From: a virus
DNA: 64,000 nucleotides
Virus record (IMG/VR): IMGVR_UViG_3300042291_000666
Coordinates: 54,326 to 118,325 of that record
Strand: one strand, 5' to 3'
Every line of letters starts with the position of its first letter. Positions within the stretch are counted from its first letter, which is position 1. The position numbers and the translations under genes are program-made. Of this stretch, positions 20,939 to 31,223 are shown one piece after another. The notes under the pieces are model-generated. The model did not search any database. It worked only from the letters and a program-made list of their open reading frames with translations, and had not been told where the DNA came from.

Positions 20939-21499
20939 ATGGGATGTAATTGTTCAAAATGTAGTAGTAGATGTGGTTGTGCTGATACAGCATTAACTAA
21001 TCCATGTACATATACTGACTGTAGTGTTGGTAGTGAAAGATGTGATGATGTACAATGTGCAGAATGCGTTAGTTATTGTGGTACTTCTTTTCAAATAGGA
21101 AACCCTGGGACTTTATTACAAATAAATAAAGGTGAAAGACTTGATTCTATTATACAGAAATTTGCTATGATACTATCTAATGGTTTAGGCGCATGTACAT
21201 CTAATGATGTTCAACATGATCCATTCAATGTATATGCTGGTGTTATTACAAGTGGTACAGCATCAATATTGTGGAATGGTACTTGGAGTGGAGGCACTGG
21301 TGTTAATATTTATTATAATACACAGATTGCTCCTGGAGCATGGGTTTTAGCTAATCCAGCACCAATTGTACCAACTATATTTAATTATACAATTACAAAC
21401 CTTTTAGCTAGTACAGCATATAAAGTAAAAGTAGTAAGTGTTGGTAACTCATCAGCATGTAAACCAATAGAAATACTATTCTCTACACTAGCAGTATAA
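20939..21499 (+). CDS. Cys-rich protein with C-terminal FN3-like domain
   Basis: Cys-dense N-terminus. ITSGTASILW...YTITNLLASTAYKVKV is an FN3 signature. Confidence 0.6.
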   Translation: MGCNCSKCSSRCGCADTALTNPCTYTDCSVGSERCDDVQCAECVSYCGTSFQIGNPGTLLQINKGERLDSIIQKFAMILSNGLGACTSNDVQHDPFNVYAGVITSGTASILWNGTWSGGTGVNIYYNTQIAPGAWVLANPAPIVPTIFNYTITNLLASTAYKVKVVSVGNSSACKPIEILFSTLAV

Positions 21500-21554
21500 C
21501 ATTAAAAAAAACAACAATAGTGGCGGTTTGTTGGTTTTCTGTCACAGGCGTTGA

Positions 21555-21587
21555 AAGAGGCTGGGGTAACTCAGTCTCTTTTTTTTT
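21555..21587 (+). terminator. Intrinsic terminator with GNRA loop
   Basis: AAGAGGCTGGG-gtaa-CTCAGTCTCTT followed by a T-run. Confidence 0.85.
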
Positions 21588-21651
21588 AAATAAACCTGTA
21601 ATATTATAATAAAATTTTTACATTTACATAATTAATTTTAAAAAAGATTCT

Positions 21652-22857
21652 ATGAGTTATTTAAAAAATAAAATACTTGAGTCATTAAAATGGAAGAAAT
21701 CACCGGCTTACTGTGCATCAAGACTAGGAATATCAGAGGAAGAATATATTAAGGTTAAAGAACAAATATCAAATAAATTTAAAAAATCTTCTTACAGACA
21801 AAACCCAGCAATAGCTGAATCTGTAGACTTAGAAAAGGGTCAATCAACAATATCAGGTTCATTTACATATGAACCAAAATCAGCAGAAGAGATAATCAAA
21901 CTTTTAAAAATTGATACAAAGGTTTGGAAATTATCACAATATTGGAATAAACAAATGGGTGACCATTGGAGAGTTTCAGCTTTAATAACTAAAATTAAAG
22001 AAAACAGCAAAGAAGATTTATTAGTAAATTTACTAAACAATTGGAAACCAAAGGTTTATAAAACAACTTCTATAAATAAATCTTATGACTCTAATAAAAC
22101 AGATGTTTGTGGAGTAATCTCTTTACAAGATATTCATTTTGGAAAACAAGGAAATGAAACCATTGATAAAGATTTTGAAGATACAATTAAAAATTTATTG
22201 AATAAAGGGGTAGCATCACATAATATAAAAGTATTATATTTTGTTGTTGGTGGAGACTTAATCAATATGGATACTTTTGCTGGTACAACAACAAGTGGAA
22301 CTCCTGTTGATAATTGTATGTCTGCAACAGATGCTTATATGCAAGCCTTTGATGCAATGCATTGGGCTGTAAATTATATAAAACAATACTGTGAAGAACT
22401 TGTAGTAGTGTATGTTCCGGGTAATCATGATAGGTTATCTTCTCACCATTTAGTACATGCCTTATCTAAATCTATTTATAATGATGGAGATATAACATGG
22501 GATATAAAATATGAAGAAAGAAAGGTTCATGTATGGCACAATAATTTCAATGCCTTTGAGCATGGAGATAAGACAAGTAAAAACAATCCATTAATATATG
22601 CATCAGAATACGCTAAAGAATGGGGTAGCACAACAAACAGAACTCTATATAAGGGTCACATCCATACTGACAGAAAAGTTGAGTATATGACCTCTAATGA
22701 GACAGCAGGTTTTATAGAAAAGACTTTACCTAGTTTAGGCAAGACAGACTATTATCACTATAGCAACAAGTATGTTGGTAATAGAAGATCAGGAAAATTG
22801 GAACTGCAAGATCCAGTTTTAGGAAATATATGTGAATTAACTCATCAATCAATATAA
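21652..22857 (+). CDS. Calcineurin-like metallophosphoesterase with possible N-terminal HTH
   Basis: All five motifs are present: DIHFG, GGDL, PGNHD, FEHGD, KGHIH. N-terminal AYCASRLGISEEEY is HTH-like. Confidence 0.85.
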   Translation: MSYLKNKILESLKWKKSPAYCASRLGISEEEYIKVKEQISNKFKKSSYRQNPAIAESVDLEKGQSTISGSFTYEPKSAEEIIKLLKIDTKVWKLSQYWNKQMGDHWRVSALITKIKENSKEDLLVNLLNNWKPKVYKTTSINKSYDSNKTDVCGVISLQDIHFGKQGNETIDKDFEDTIKNLLNKGVASHNIKVLYFVVGGDLINMDTFAGTTTSGTPVDNCMSATDAYMQAFDAMHWAVNYIKQYCEELVVVYVPGNHDRLSSHHLVHALSKSIYNDGDITWDIKYEERKVHVWHNNFNAFEHGDKTSKNNPLIYASEYAKEWGSTTNRTLYKGHIHTDRKVEYMTSNETAGFIEKTLPSLGKTDYYHYSNKYVGNRRSGKLELQDPVLGNICELTHQSI

Positions 22858-22864
22858 AGAAGCA

Positions 22865-22894
22865 ACTTAAATTTCATTAAGTGGTCTTTTTTTT
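22865..22894 (+). terminator. Weak terminator-like hairpin
   Basis: ACTTAA-atttca-TTAAGT, then a T-run that merges into the promoter-like TTTGTAAATTATA (22892-904). Confidence 0.35.
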
Positions 22895-22915
22895 GTAAAT
22901 TATAAATATACGTGT

Positions 22916-23482
22916 ATGATAAACAATTTTAAAAAACCAGATTTAAAAGCATCAAGATATAGAGAAAAAAGATTAGGTATATTAAATGAAGAAACAATAA
23001 AAGAATTTAAAGAAAAAAAACCTTTATATTCTAGTATAGATAATGATAAATTAAAAAAAATAATAAAGCTTTATAATATAAATTTATGGCAAGCAGTAAT
23101 AAAAAATAGAGATGGTGTTGAATTACCTGATTCATTAGGATACTTGTTTATTGGAACATGTCCTTCTTCTAAGACGGTAAATACAAACTATGCACTATCT
23201 CAACAATATGGTAAAGTCTTACAAAACAAAAATTGGGAAACTGATGGTAATTTAGGAAAGATATTTTATACTAACTGGTCAACTAAATATAGATTTAAAA
23301 ATAGGGAGTTATGGAGGTTTGTAGCTTGCAGAGAATTTAAAAGAGCGGTAGCTAAAACCTACCCAGAAAGCTGGACTAAATATGTTGTGATGAAAAACAA
23401 ATATAGAGTTGCTCATTTATATGATGTAAATACAGAAGAAACCAAAAAGGAATTAGAGTTTTATAATGAATTTGAAACATAA
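22916..23482 (+). CDS. IHF/HU-like DNA-binding protein (crAss-type)
   Basis: Basic 188 aa. IKNRDGVELPDSLGYLFI resembles the HU/IHF strand-turn motif. Crassvirales carry an IHF-like gene before the tail tubular genes. Confidence 0.65.
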   Translation: MINNFKKPDLKASRYREKRLGILNEETIKEFKEKKPLYSSIDNDKLKKIIKLYNINLWQAVIKNRDGVELPDSLGYLFIGTCPSSKTVNTNYALSQQYGKVLQNKNWETDGNLGKIFYTNWSTKYRFKNRELWRFVACREFKRAVAKTYPESWTKYVVMKNKYRVAHLYDVNTEETKKELEFYNEFET

Positions 23483-23487
23483 ACAAA

Positions 23488-24165
23488 ATGTCACAGATAA
23501 TAATAGGAGAAGCAATATCAAGAATAAGAGGTCAGGTAAAAGCTGAGGTTCAAGATTCTTTTGTTACAGATAGATATATTTACAGTTTAATAGAAAAGTT
23601 TGCTCAAGTTTTAATGAGGAGACAAGACTCATTAAACAAATTAATGAAATTCAACTCTGTATGGAAGGCTCTTCCGTATATTGAATTAATTGATGTAGAT
23701 AAAGTAGAAGCAGGTTGTTCTGGAATAACTAGTGGATGTACAATCAAACGTACAAAATTAAGATTACCTTCTATGATTGAAGGTTATTGGGGACCACTTA
23801 TACGTACTGTGACTTCAATAGATGCTTCACAAGAACTTCAAGCAACATATCCTGGAACATATACATCCATGACTAAAACAACATCTTTTAAATATAATAG
23901 AACAAAATATTTTTGGTGGTTAGATGGATATATTTATTCACCTAATATTGAATGGGATGCTATTAGAGTTGAGGGAGTATTTAATGATGATATTACTAAA
24001 TGGAATTGTGATGAAAAAGATGATTGTACGCCTAGATATAAACAACCAATGTATATACCTGAAGCAATGTTTGCAGAAATTGAATCTCAAATCATAAACA
24101 TTATGATGAATACAATGAAGGTACCAAGTGAAGATTCTGATAATAAACAAAACATAAATAGATAA
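23488..24165 (+). CDS. Ring/tail tubular protein
   Basis: 225 aa with YFWWLDGYIYSPN...VEGVF. Stop overlaps the next start (TAATG). Synteny: IHF-ring-ring-muzzle. Confidence 0.65.
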   Translation: MSQIIIGEAISRIRGQVKAEVQDSFVTDRYIYSLIEKFAQVLMRRQDSLNKLMKFNSVWKALPYIELIDVDKVEAGCSGITSGCTIKRTKLRLPSMIEGYWGPLIRTVTSIDASQELQATYPGTYTSMTKTTSFKYNRTKYFWWLDGYIYSPNIEWDAIRVEGVFNDDITKWNCDEKDDCTPRYKQPMYIPEAMFAEIESQIINIMMNTMKVPSEDSDNKQNINR

Positions 24166-25106
24166 TGAGCGTATCACATAAATATAGAACATTCAGTCAG
24201 TTATATGAAGATGTTGCAGTTGACTTTACAACTTATTCATTAGAAGGAATGATTGAACCACAGCAATTAATTAAAGTTGCTACTAGAATTAATTATGAAC
24301 TTGGTTTAAAAATACACAGAACTAAAGAAACTATAATTGATGTAGAACATGGTAGAGCTCAATTACCTAGAGATTTTGCATATATCAATTATGCATTTCT
24401 TTGTGGTGAATATCACATTAATGCAACAATGCCATCTGGTACTCATGTTGAAACATTTAATGATGTACCATATGTACCGGCACCTGGTGAAGTTGCTGCG
24501 TGCAGTACAGGAGAAGGATGTGCTGATGTATGTGTAGTTAAAACATGTGAAGATAAAAACAGTTACCAATTAGTTCAGAGAATTTCTCCAAATCAATTTA
24601 GAACTTATAGTACGTGGACTGAATTAAGAATCCAAGATATAAATCAGAAGAGTTGTTTTTGTCCTGATTTGGCAGCACAAGCTCCAGACATTGCGCAAAT
24701 AGTTGATGGTTTTTTAATTACTAATTTTACTAGCGGTAGAGTTTATATAAGTTATCAAGGAGCTATGGAATCACCTGATGGAGATTTATTAGTTCTTGAT
24801 CAACCTCTTTGTAATGAGTATTATGAATATGCATTGAAACAAAGAATATTAGAAAATATGATTTGGCAAGGTGAACAAATGGCTCCTCAATTACAATTAG
24901 TTGAATCACGTTTAAGACCTGCAAGAAATAATGCATTATCATTTGTAAATACACCAGATTTTGCTGAAATGCAAAAAGTCTTTATAATGAATAGAAGAGC
25001 TCAATATCATAATTATTATAATATGTTTATGAGTCATGCTCCTTATAATCCAAGACTTCATAGAGGAGTTAATACATCTAGTAGTATTAACAATCCTACA
25101 CACTAA
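24165..25106 (+). CDS. Ring/tail tubular protein
   Basis: 313 aa with IDVEHGRAQLPRDF...GFLITNFTSGRVYISYQG...DGDLLVLD pattern. Directly precedes the muzzle gene. Confidence 0.65.
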   Translation: MSVSHKYRTFSQLYEDVAVDFTTYSLEGMIEPQQLIKVATRINYELGLKIHRTKETIIDVEHGRAQLPRDFAYINYAFLCGEYHINATMPSGTHVETFNDVPYVPAPGEVAACSTGEGCADVCVVKTCEDKNSYQLVQRISPNQFRTYSTWTELRIQDINQKSCFCPDLAAQAPDIAQIVDGFLITNFTSGRVYISYQGAMESPDGDLLVLDQPLCNEYYEYALKQRILENMIWQGEQMAPQLQLVESRLRPARNNALSFVNTPDFAEMQKVFIMNRRAQYHNYYNMFMSHAPYNPRLHRGVNTSSSINNPTH

Positions 25107-25124
25107 TAAAAGAATTAAACTATT

Positions 25125-28100
25125 ATGGCACAGCAAAATGAAAATCCTGGGACATCTTCCGTAAATACTAATTCATTCATAAAAGGAATGAATAAAGATA
25201 TTACGCAAGCAATGGAACCAAAAGAAAGTTGGTGGCATGCACGTAATGCTATGAACAATTCTACTGATGGTGACCTTGGTGTAATTGGCAATGAACCTTC
25301 AAATTTACAATGTGGTGTAATACCATATACAATTATTGGGGCTATACATAGATTTGGTGACCAATGGGTTGTGTATTCTACTGATGATGTAAATTCAGAA
25401 ATTGGAACATTTGATGATAGTCAATGTAAATATGAAGTTATTGTAAATGATCCTTGTTTAAATTTTAATAGAAAGTATTTAATAACTGGTGCAGCAAAAG
25501 AAAATTTTGATTGTACTTGGCAAGTATATTGGGATGATGGAAACAATCCTTCACGTTCATTAAACATTAATAAAGTACCATGGATCAGAACTATATCATC
25601 TGCACCTGGTGATCCATGTATTACATATAATGATACAACACAATTAAATTGTGAAAAAATAAGATTAGCTCCTTTGGTTGATACACCTTGTGTTACGTTA
25701 AGTAAATCAATTGATGGTGGTATGTTACAAAATGGAGCATATCAAGCATTCATTGCTTATATTGAAACTGAACAAAAGGTAACTGATTATATTGGTATTT
25801 CTAATGTTCAAACATTATGGTCACATTCTGGTACAGGAGGTTCATTAAATATTACAGTAAGTAATTTAGATAAAGATTATGATTACTATGAGTTAGTATT
25901 ACTTGTAAGAAATCAAGGTCAAATATATGCTAAACGTATAGGTAGTTATAGTACACAACAACAAGATATTAATATTGATTATATTGATGATACATTAGTA
26001 GCTGTAAGTTTAAAGACAATTCCTCAAAGAAGTCCTGCTTATGAAAAATCAAATGCAATGTATGTTGTAAATGATTGGTTAATTAGACAAGGACCTGTAA
26101 GTCAGTTTGATTTTAACTATCAACCAATAGCAAATGATATCAAAGTTAATTGGGTATCAAATCAAATAGATTCTAGTTATTATCATTTAGGTGGTAATAA
26201 GTTGGGATTTTTAAGAGATGAACAATATGCATTCTTTATTAGATGGATTTATAATACAGGAGAGAGATCTTCTTCATATCATATTCCAGGAAGAGCACCA
26301 AGGCCATTTGCAACCCCTTCAGGGACATTTCTAGAAACAGATGTTATATACGGTAATAATGTTTTAGATTCTGCAGGAGACCCTTTATTTAAGGTTTATA
26401 ATACAGGAACAATTACATCATCTAATTTAACAGAAGTTCAACCAGATGGTTCATTAATTATTGCTAGAGGTGATATGGCATATTGGGAATCAACAGAAAG
26501 ATATCCTGCTAATAGACCTGAGATTTGGGGTGACCTTTGTGGAAAACCAATTAGACACCATAAGTTCCCTACTGAAGAAGTAGGGGGTGCAAATTCACCA
26601 TTGCATATAAGTACAACAGCAGGAGATTTAATTAATGTTCTAGGTGTTGAGTTTACAAATATTGGAAGACCAAAATATAATGACGGAACTTATATAACAA
26701 ATGTAGTTGGTTATGAAATATTAAGAGGATCTAGAGGTGGTGCTAAATCTATTTTAGCAAAAGGATTATTTAGAAATATGCGTAAGTATACTATACCTAA
26801 TGCAGAAAATCTAATAGGTGGATCTGTTCAAGGTTTATATCCTAACTATCCGTACAATGATTTAAGACCTGATGTTTATTTTCATGATGGTAATGCTAAT
26901 AGTATTCATAGAACAGAAGGTTGTGATAACTATAGTCAATCAATGGGTAGTTTTAGACCATTGGGTGCAGCTCCTGCTATAGCTGGTGATCCGTCTGGAT
27001 ATTCAAAAAAAGTATTTACTTTTTCATCTCCAGATCTAATGTTTACTAAACCATTTCTGAATGCATATGAAACTAGAATTTATGGATATTTAACTGGTAA
27101 TCAATCAGGTTATTTTAAAGCATCAGAAGATCATCCTCAATTTAAATTATTAAGAAATGGTGCAGCAATAATGGCTGCAATTGTAGGTTTAGGTTATGCT
27201 GTGGCTCAAGTTCAAGGTGATAGAGGAAGTTCAAGATCATCAGGAACTTCAGGTAATTATATGGCAAATGATTTTTATTTGGGTTTTGGTACAGGTGGTA
27301 CAACAGGTCTTGGTGCAAGTGCTGCAGCAAATGCAGTTGGAGCTGGAATTAATGCCGGTTTAATTGCTACACTTTCAAGTGTATATGAAAATGTTGACAA
27401 TGGTGTAGCTTTAGCTGATTTATGGGTAGGTGGCTCAGGAATGGAATTTGCAAATCAATTATTTTCTACAGCTGCCCTTACAGTAGGTATAGCACCTGCG
27501 GGTTCAGGTGGTGAATATATAATCAATACTAATAAAAATACACCACTTTCTCAATTGCCTGGTGTGTTTAGAGCTATAGTTGCATTGTTTACAACAGCAT
27601 CTAACATTGCTATTGGTGGAAATGAAATAGTAGAATTAATTTATAACTTGGTTAATAAATCTGATTTTGTATTAAAATATAATTCAGCAGGTTTCTTTAA
27701 TGCATTTACAAAAATCAATACAGGATTGTTTAGAATTAAAAATACAGATTCAAATTATCTAGGTCAATCTTTTCAAAGTTTTGATAATGGAAATTACAAG
27801 ATAAATAATTTATTTAGACCTACTACGGTAGCAGTTTCTTTAAGTGATCCTATAGCAGAACCAAGTGTAGTTGATAGATCAAGATTTACAGTTGGTGGGG
27901 ATATGAATGCAAATTTAACTGTTAATGTTTATTCTGGTGATTATTTAACTAACCCATCAGAAAAACAAATAAGACCTATATCTGCTTATTATGGAGCTCT
28001 TAAATTTAATTTTGATAATCAGTATGGTCAACTAGATGGTATTAAACAAGTTCAAATGAGAGGTTGTGTAGAATACTTAGATCCTACTAAACCGGATGCA

Positions 28101-31100
28101 TTTAAATATTCTAGTTCAGCTATATTTGGTGGTGATATATTTATTACTAGATATACTGAAAAAGTTATAATGCCAATATTTGCACAATACTTATTAGGAC
28201 AACCTGATGAATTTACATATGATTATTCTCAACATGTTAATATACCTTATCCAAGATTTTGGTTAAATTCCCAAAAGTTTGATATGAGTAAATTAAGTAG
28301 AGAGATAGCATCTTTTGGTGCAATCAGTGGTAGTGATTTAGATGCATTGTTACCTAATGATTTATTTTACTTAGATAGAGGTGGTGATAGTTGTAATAAC
28401 TTTATCAATAGTATTGTTAACAATAGTGATCCTAATCCAATGTTTGCTATGAGATTTGCATATATGTATTCTCATTCAAATGGTATGTTAGATTTCTTTG
28501 TAGAATCTGAAGTTAATCTAGCTAATAGAGATTGGGAAGATAGACAAGATGCTAGAATATATGATGTATACAGTTATAATGATATTGATGAATTATTTCA
28601 TGCTCAGATTGAAAAGAAAGATAATTTTTATAAGTATGATGAATCATTAAGCCCATCTAAATTTGTAACACAGTTGGGTAGCTTTGGTGAGATTCAACCA
28701 AGATACTATGATCCATATACTGCAGAAAATTGTTATGTTAGTTATCCAAAAAGATTAATCTATTCATTGCAAGCACAAAAAGAATCTAAGAAAGATTTTT
28801 GGAGAGTGTTTTTGCCATTTAATTATCAAGACTTTAAAAACAAAGTAAGTGTAATTAAACCTATTAATAAGAATGGTGCACTTATATTTTTCCCATATCT
28901 ATCTCCACAAATGTTTCAGGGAATTGATACTTTAAAAACATCTTTAGATACTAAACTTACTATTGGTGATGGAGGTTTATTTAGCCAACCATTTCAAAAT
29001 GTTGTTAATTCAGATTTGTCAAATGAGTATGGTTCATGTGAAAGTTTAAGAAGTGTTATGAATACACCAGTAGGTTTGTTTTTTATATCTCAAGCTCAAG
29101 GTAAGATATTCCACTTTACTGGTCAAAATTTAGATCCAATATCTAATGCAGGAATGAAATGGTGGTTTAATAAATATCTACCATCTCAATTGGTTAAACA
29201 ATATCCTGGATTAGAAGATTCACCATTATCAGATAATCCTGTAGTAGGTGTAGGTTGTCAAACAATCTATGATCCTAATGATGATATAGTTTACTTTATG
29301 AAGAAAGACTATAGAGTTAAAGCTTCATATATTGCTGATGTTACATATACTGAAAAAAGAGGATTTGCTTTATCAGGAAATCCTATTACATTGGGAGATC
29401 CAATATTCTTTGATGATTGTTCTTGGACTGTAAGTTATGATCCTAAATCTAAAGCTTGGATATCATTCCATGATTGGCATCCAGAATTTGCATTGCCAAG
29501 TATTAACCATTTCTTTACTACTAAGACTATAGCTACTACTATTCCACAATGTCCTCCAGGTTATAATTTTAATTCTACTAATGGGTTATGTGAAAGATCA
29601 ATAAATATTAATGAGCCGGCTATTGTTACAGTAGATGAAATCAATTCTGTTGTTAATGGTGGACCAGTTAATTGTTTAATAGATATTGTTATTGCAATGG
29701 ATACATCTGGATCAACTAATTCAGGAGGACGCAGACAAGCACAATTAGCATGGTTAAATGCATTTTTAAGTGATTCTAATATAACTGCACCAATGGCAGC
29801 AGGAACAATGCAGATAGGTTTTACATCATGGGGTAGTGGTAATATAAATTATAATATACCTAATCCAGCTGGAGGTACTTGGTCAATGAGCAATACAGTA
29901 ACTCCAACGCAAGTTGCTGCTTGGTATAATGCTAATTGGACAGGTGGCGGTACTAATGTTTCTTTAGGTATGACTTCTGGTCAAACATTGTTAAATAATA
30001 AAGCAGCTAGTCAATTAGGTAATAGAAGTGCACAACCATTTTTTAGACAAATAATTATATTAGTTACAGATACAACAAGTGATCCTGGAAATATTGGTTG
30101 TCCATTTCAAGGTACTGGTGTTTCACCAAGTGCAACTGGTCCAGCAAATCAAAGAGTATATGCATTATTTTGTGGTGCAACTAGTGCTATACCAACTGGT
30201 AATGTATTAGGTAATATATCTTGTACACCGGGCCCTGTAAATGTTGATGGATACCAATTTGGAATTAATGCATCTGTGCCTGCAACTTTTGCTACTGTAG
30301 CAACAGCTATTGCTGGGTCTGTTTGTTCAATTCCATTTGTTTGTACTTGTGCTCCAGGTTATACAAAAGTATTTTTTAATCCAGCAACTAGTGTTTATAC
30401 ATCACCAACAGGTGTATGTGATAATATTACACCACCTGTATGTAGAAAAGTAACTTGTGCATGTCCAACATCTCCTCCGGGAAGTGTTACAACTACAACT
30501 GGTAATTGTGATGATGTTTATTTAATAGGTAATCCAACCTATGTGAATCCAAATCCTCAGATTTGTAATTTCTTTAAATATGAATCTACACCAGCTAATT
30601 ATAAAGTTGGTTCATTCTGGAGACATAATGTTAGATGTGATAGTTTTGCTAATTTCTATGGTACTGATTATCCATGGGAAGTAGAATTGGTTTCTAATAC
30701 TGGACAAATGGTTAATACTGTTAGAAGTATGGAGTATCAATTAGAAAGTTATGTGTACAAAGGAGATATGGGATTTGCTTGTAATGATGACAGATGGGAA
30801 GATTTAAACTTTAACTTTGATCAATCAATCATTTATAATAATGAGCAAGTATCTGGGTTACTACAATTAACTCCTACACCATATAACAATCCTATATTGG
30901 AGTTAAGTTATCCTATTATCACTACAAATAGCATAAATATATTATGTTCTAAAGTAGAACAAAAATATAGATTCAATCAATTTTATGACATTACTAATGA
31001 TAGAGGTGAATTTACAAATGCTGAACAGGCAATCTGGGATACACAGCCTAATGGATATATTAAAGTTTTAAATACTATAAACTTAAATTATAACAAACCT

Positions 31101-31223
31101 CCATTACAGCATAAGAAGTTTAGACATTATTATAATAATGTTATTTTAAGAAGAGTTAAATCAGAAAATAGAAAGATGTTATTGAGATTGAATAACACTA
31201 AATTACTTTTATCAATGAGATAA
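25125..31223 (+). CDS. Muzzle/tail stabilisation protein with inserted vWA domain
   Basis: 2032 aa. Starts SFIKGMNKD...ARNA (P22 gp10-like start) and contains FLRDEQYAFFIRW, KPIRHHKFP, GGDIFITRY and WTVSYDP...WISFHDW. MIDAS motif DTSGS at 29700. Confidence 0.8.
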   Translation: MAQQNENPGTSSVNTNSFIKGMNKDITQAMEPKESWWHARNAMNNSTDGDLGVIGNEPSNLQCGVIPYTIIGAIHRFGDQWVVYSTDDVNSEIGTFDDSQCKYEVIVNDPCLNFNRKYLITGAAKENFDCTWQVYWDDGNNPSRSLNINKVPWIRTISSAPGDPCITYNDTTQLNCEKIRLAPLVDTPCVTLSKSIDGGMLQNGAYQAFIAYIETEQKVTDYIGISNVQTLWSHSGTGGSLNITVSNLDKDYDYYELVLLVRNQGQIYAKRIGSYSTQQQDINIDYIDDTLVAVSLKTIPQRSPAYEKSNAMYVVNDWLIRQGPVSQFDFNYQPIANDIKVNWVSNQIDSSYYHLGGNKLGFLRDEQYAFFIRWIYNTGERSSSYHIPGRAPRPFATPSGTFLETDVIYGNNVLDSAGDPLFKVYNTGTITSSNLTEVQPDGSLIIARGDMAYWESTERYPANRPEIWGDLCGKPIRHHKFPTEEVGGANSPLHISTTAGDLINVLGVEFTNIGRPKYNDGTYITNVVGYEILRGSRGGAKSILAKGLFRNMRKYTIPNAENLIGGSVQGLYPNYPYNDLRPDVYFHDGNANSIHRTEGCDNYSQSMGSFRPLGAAPAIAGDPSGYSKKVFTFSSPDLMFTKPFLNAYETRIYGYLTGNQSGYFKASEDHPQFKLLRNGAAIMAAIVGLGYAVAQVQGDRGSSRSSGTSGNYMANDFYLGFGTGGTTGLGASAAANAVGAGINAGLIATLSSVYENVDNGVALADLWVGGSGMEFANQLFSTAALTVGIAPAGSGGEYIINTNKNTPLSQLPGVFRAIVALFTTASNIAIGGNEIVELIYNLVNKSDFVLKYNSAGFFNAFTKINTGLFRIKNTDSNYLGQSFQSFDNGNYKINNLFRPTTVAVSLSDPIAEPSVVDRSRFTVGGDMNANLTVNVYSGDYLTNPSEKQIRPISAYYGALKFNFDNQYGQLDGIKQVQMRGCVEYLDPTKPDAFKYSSSAIFGGDIFITRYTEKVIMPIFAQYLLGQPDEFTYDYSQHVNIPYPRFWLNSQKFDMSKLSREIASFGAISGSDLDALLPNDLFYLDRGGDSCNNFINSIVNNSDPNPMFAMRFAYMYSHSNGMLDFFVESEVNLANRDWEDRQDARIYDVYSYNDIDELFHAQIEKKDNFYKYDESLSPSKFVTQLGSFGEIQPRYYDPYTAENCYVSYPKRLIYSLQAQKESKKDFWRVFLPFNYQDFKNKVSVIKPINKNGALIFFPYLSPQMFQGIDTLKTSLDTKLTIGDGGLFSQPFQNVVNSDLSNEYGSCESLRSVMNTPVGLFFISQAQGKIFHFTGQNLDPISNAGMKWWFNKYLPSQLVKQYPGLEDSPLSDNPVVGVGCQTIYDPNDDIVYFMKKDYRVKASYIADVTYTEKRGFALSGNPITLGDPIFFDDCSWTVSYDPKSKAWISFHDWHPEFALPSINHFFTTKTIATTIPQCPPGYNFNSTNGLCERSININEPAIVTVDEINSVVNGGPVNCLIDIVIAMDTSGSTNSGGRRQAQLAWLNAFLSDSNITAPMAAGTMQIGFTSWGSGNINYNIPNPAGGTWSMSNTVTPTQVAAWYNANWTGGGTNVSLGMTSGQTLLNNKAASQLGNRSAQPFFRQIIILVTDTTSDPGNIGCPFQGTGVSPSATGPANQRVYALFCGATSAIPTGNVLGNISCTPGPVNVDGYQFGINASVPATFATVATAIAGSVCSIPFVCTCAPGYTKVFFNPATSVYTSPTGVCDNITPPVCRKVTCACPTSPPGSVTTTTGNCDDVYLIGNPTYVNPNPQICNFFKYESTPANYKVGSFWRHNVRCDSFANFYGTDYPWEVELVSNTGQMVNTVRSMEYQLESYVYKGDMGFACNDDRWEDLNFNFDQSIIYNNEQVSGLLQLTPTPYNNPILELSYPIITTNSINILCSKVEQKYRFNQFYDITNDRGEFTNAEQAIWDTQPNGYIKVLNTINLNYNKPPLQHKKFRHYYNNVILRRVKSENRKMLLRLNNTKLLLSMR

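Noticed and set aside
21520-21609. Possible ~29-codon GTG-start ORF after an A-rich leader
   Set aside because: It runs through the terminator hairpin and T-run. RNA structure explains the sequence better.
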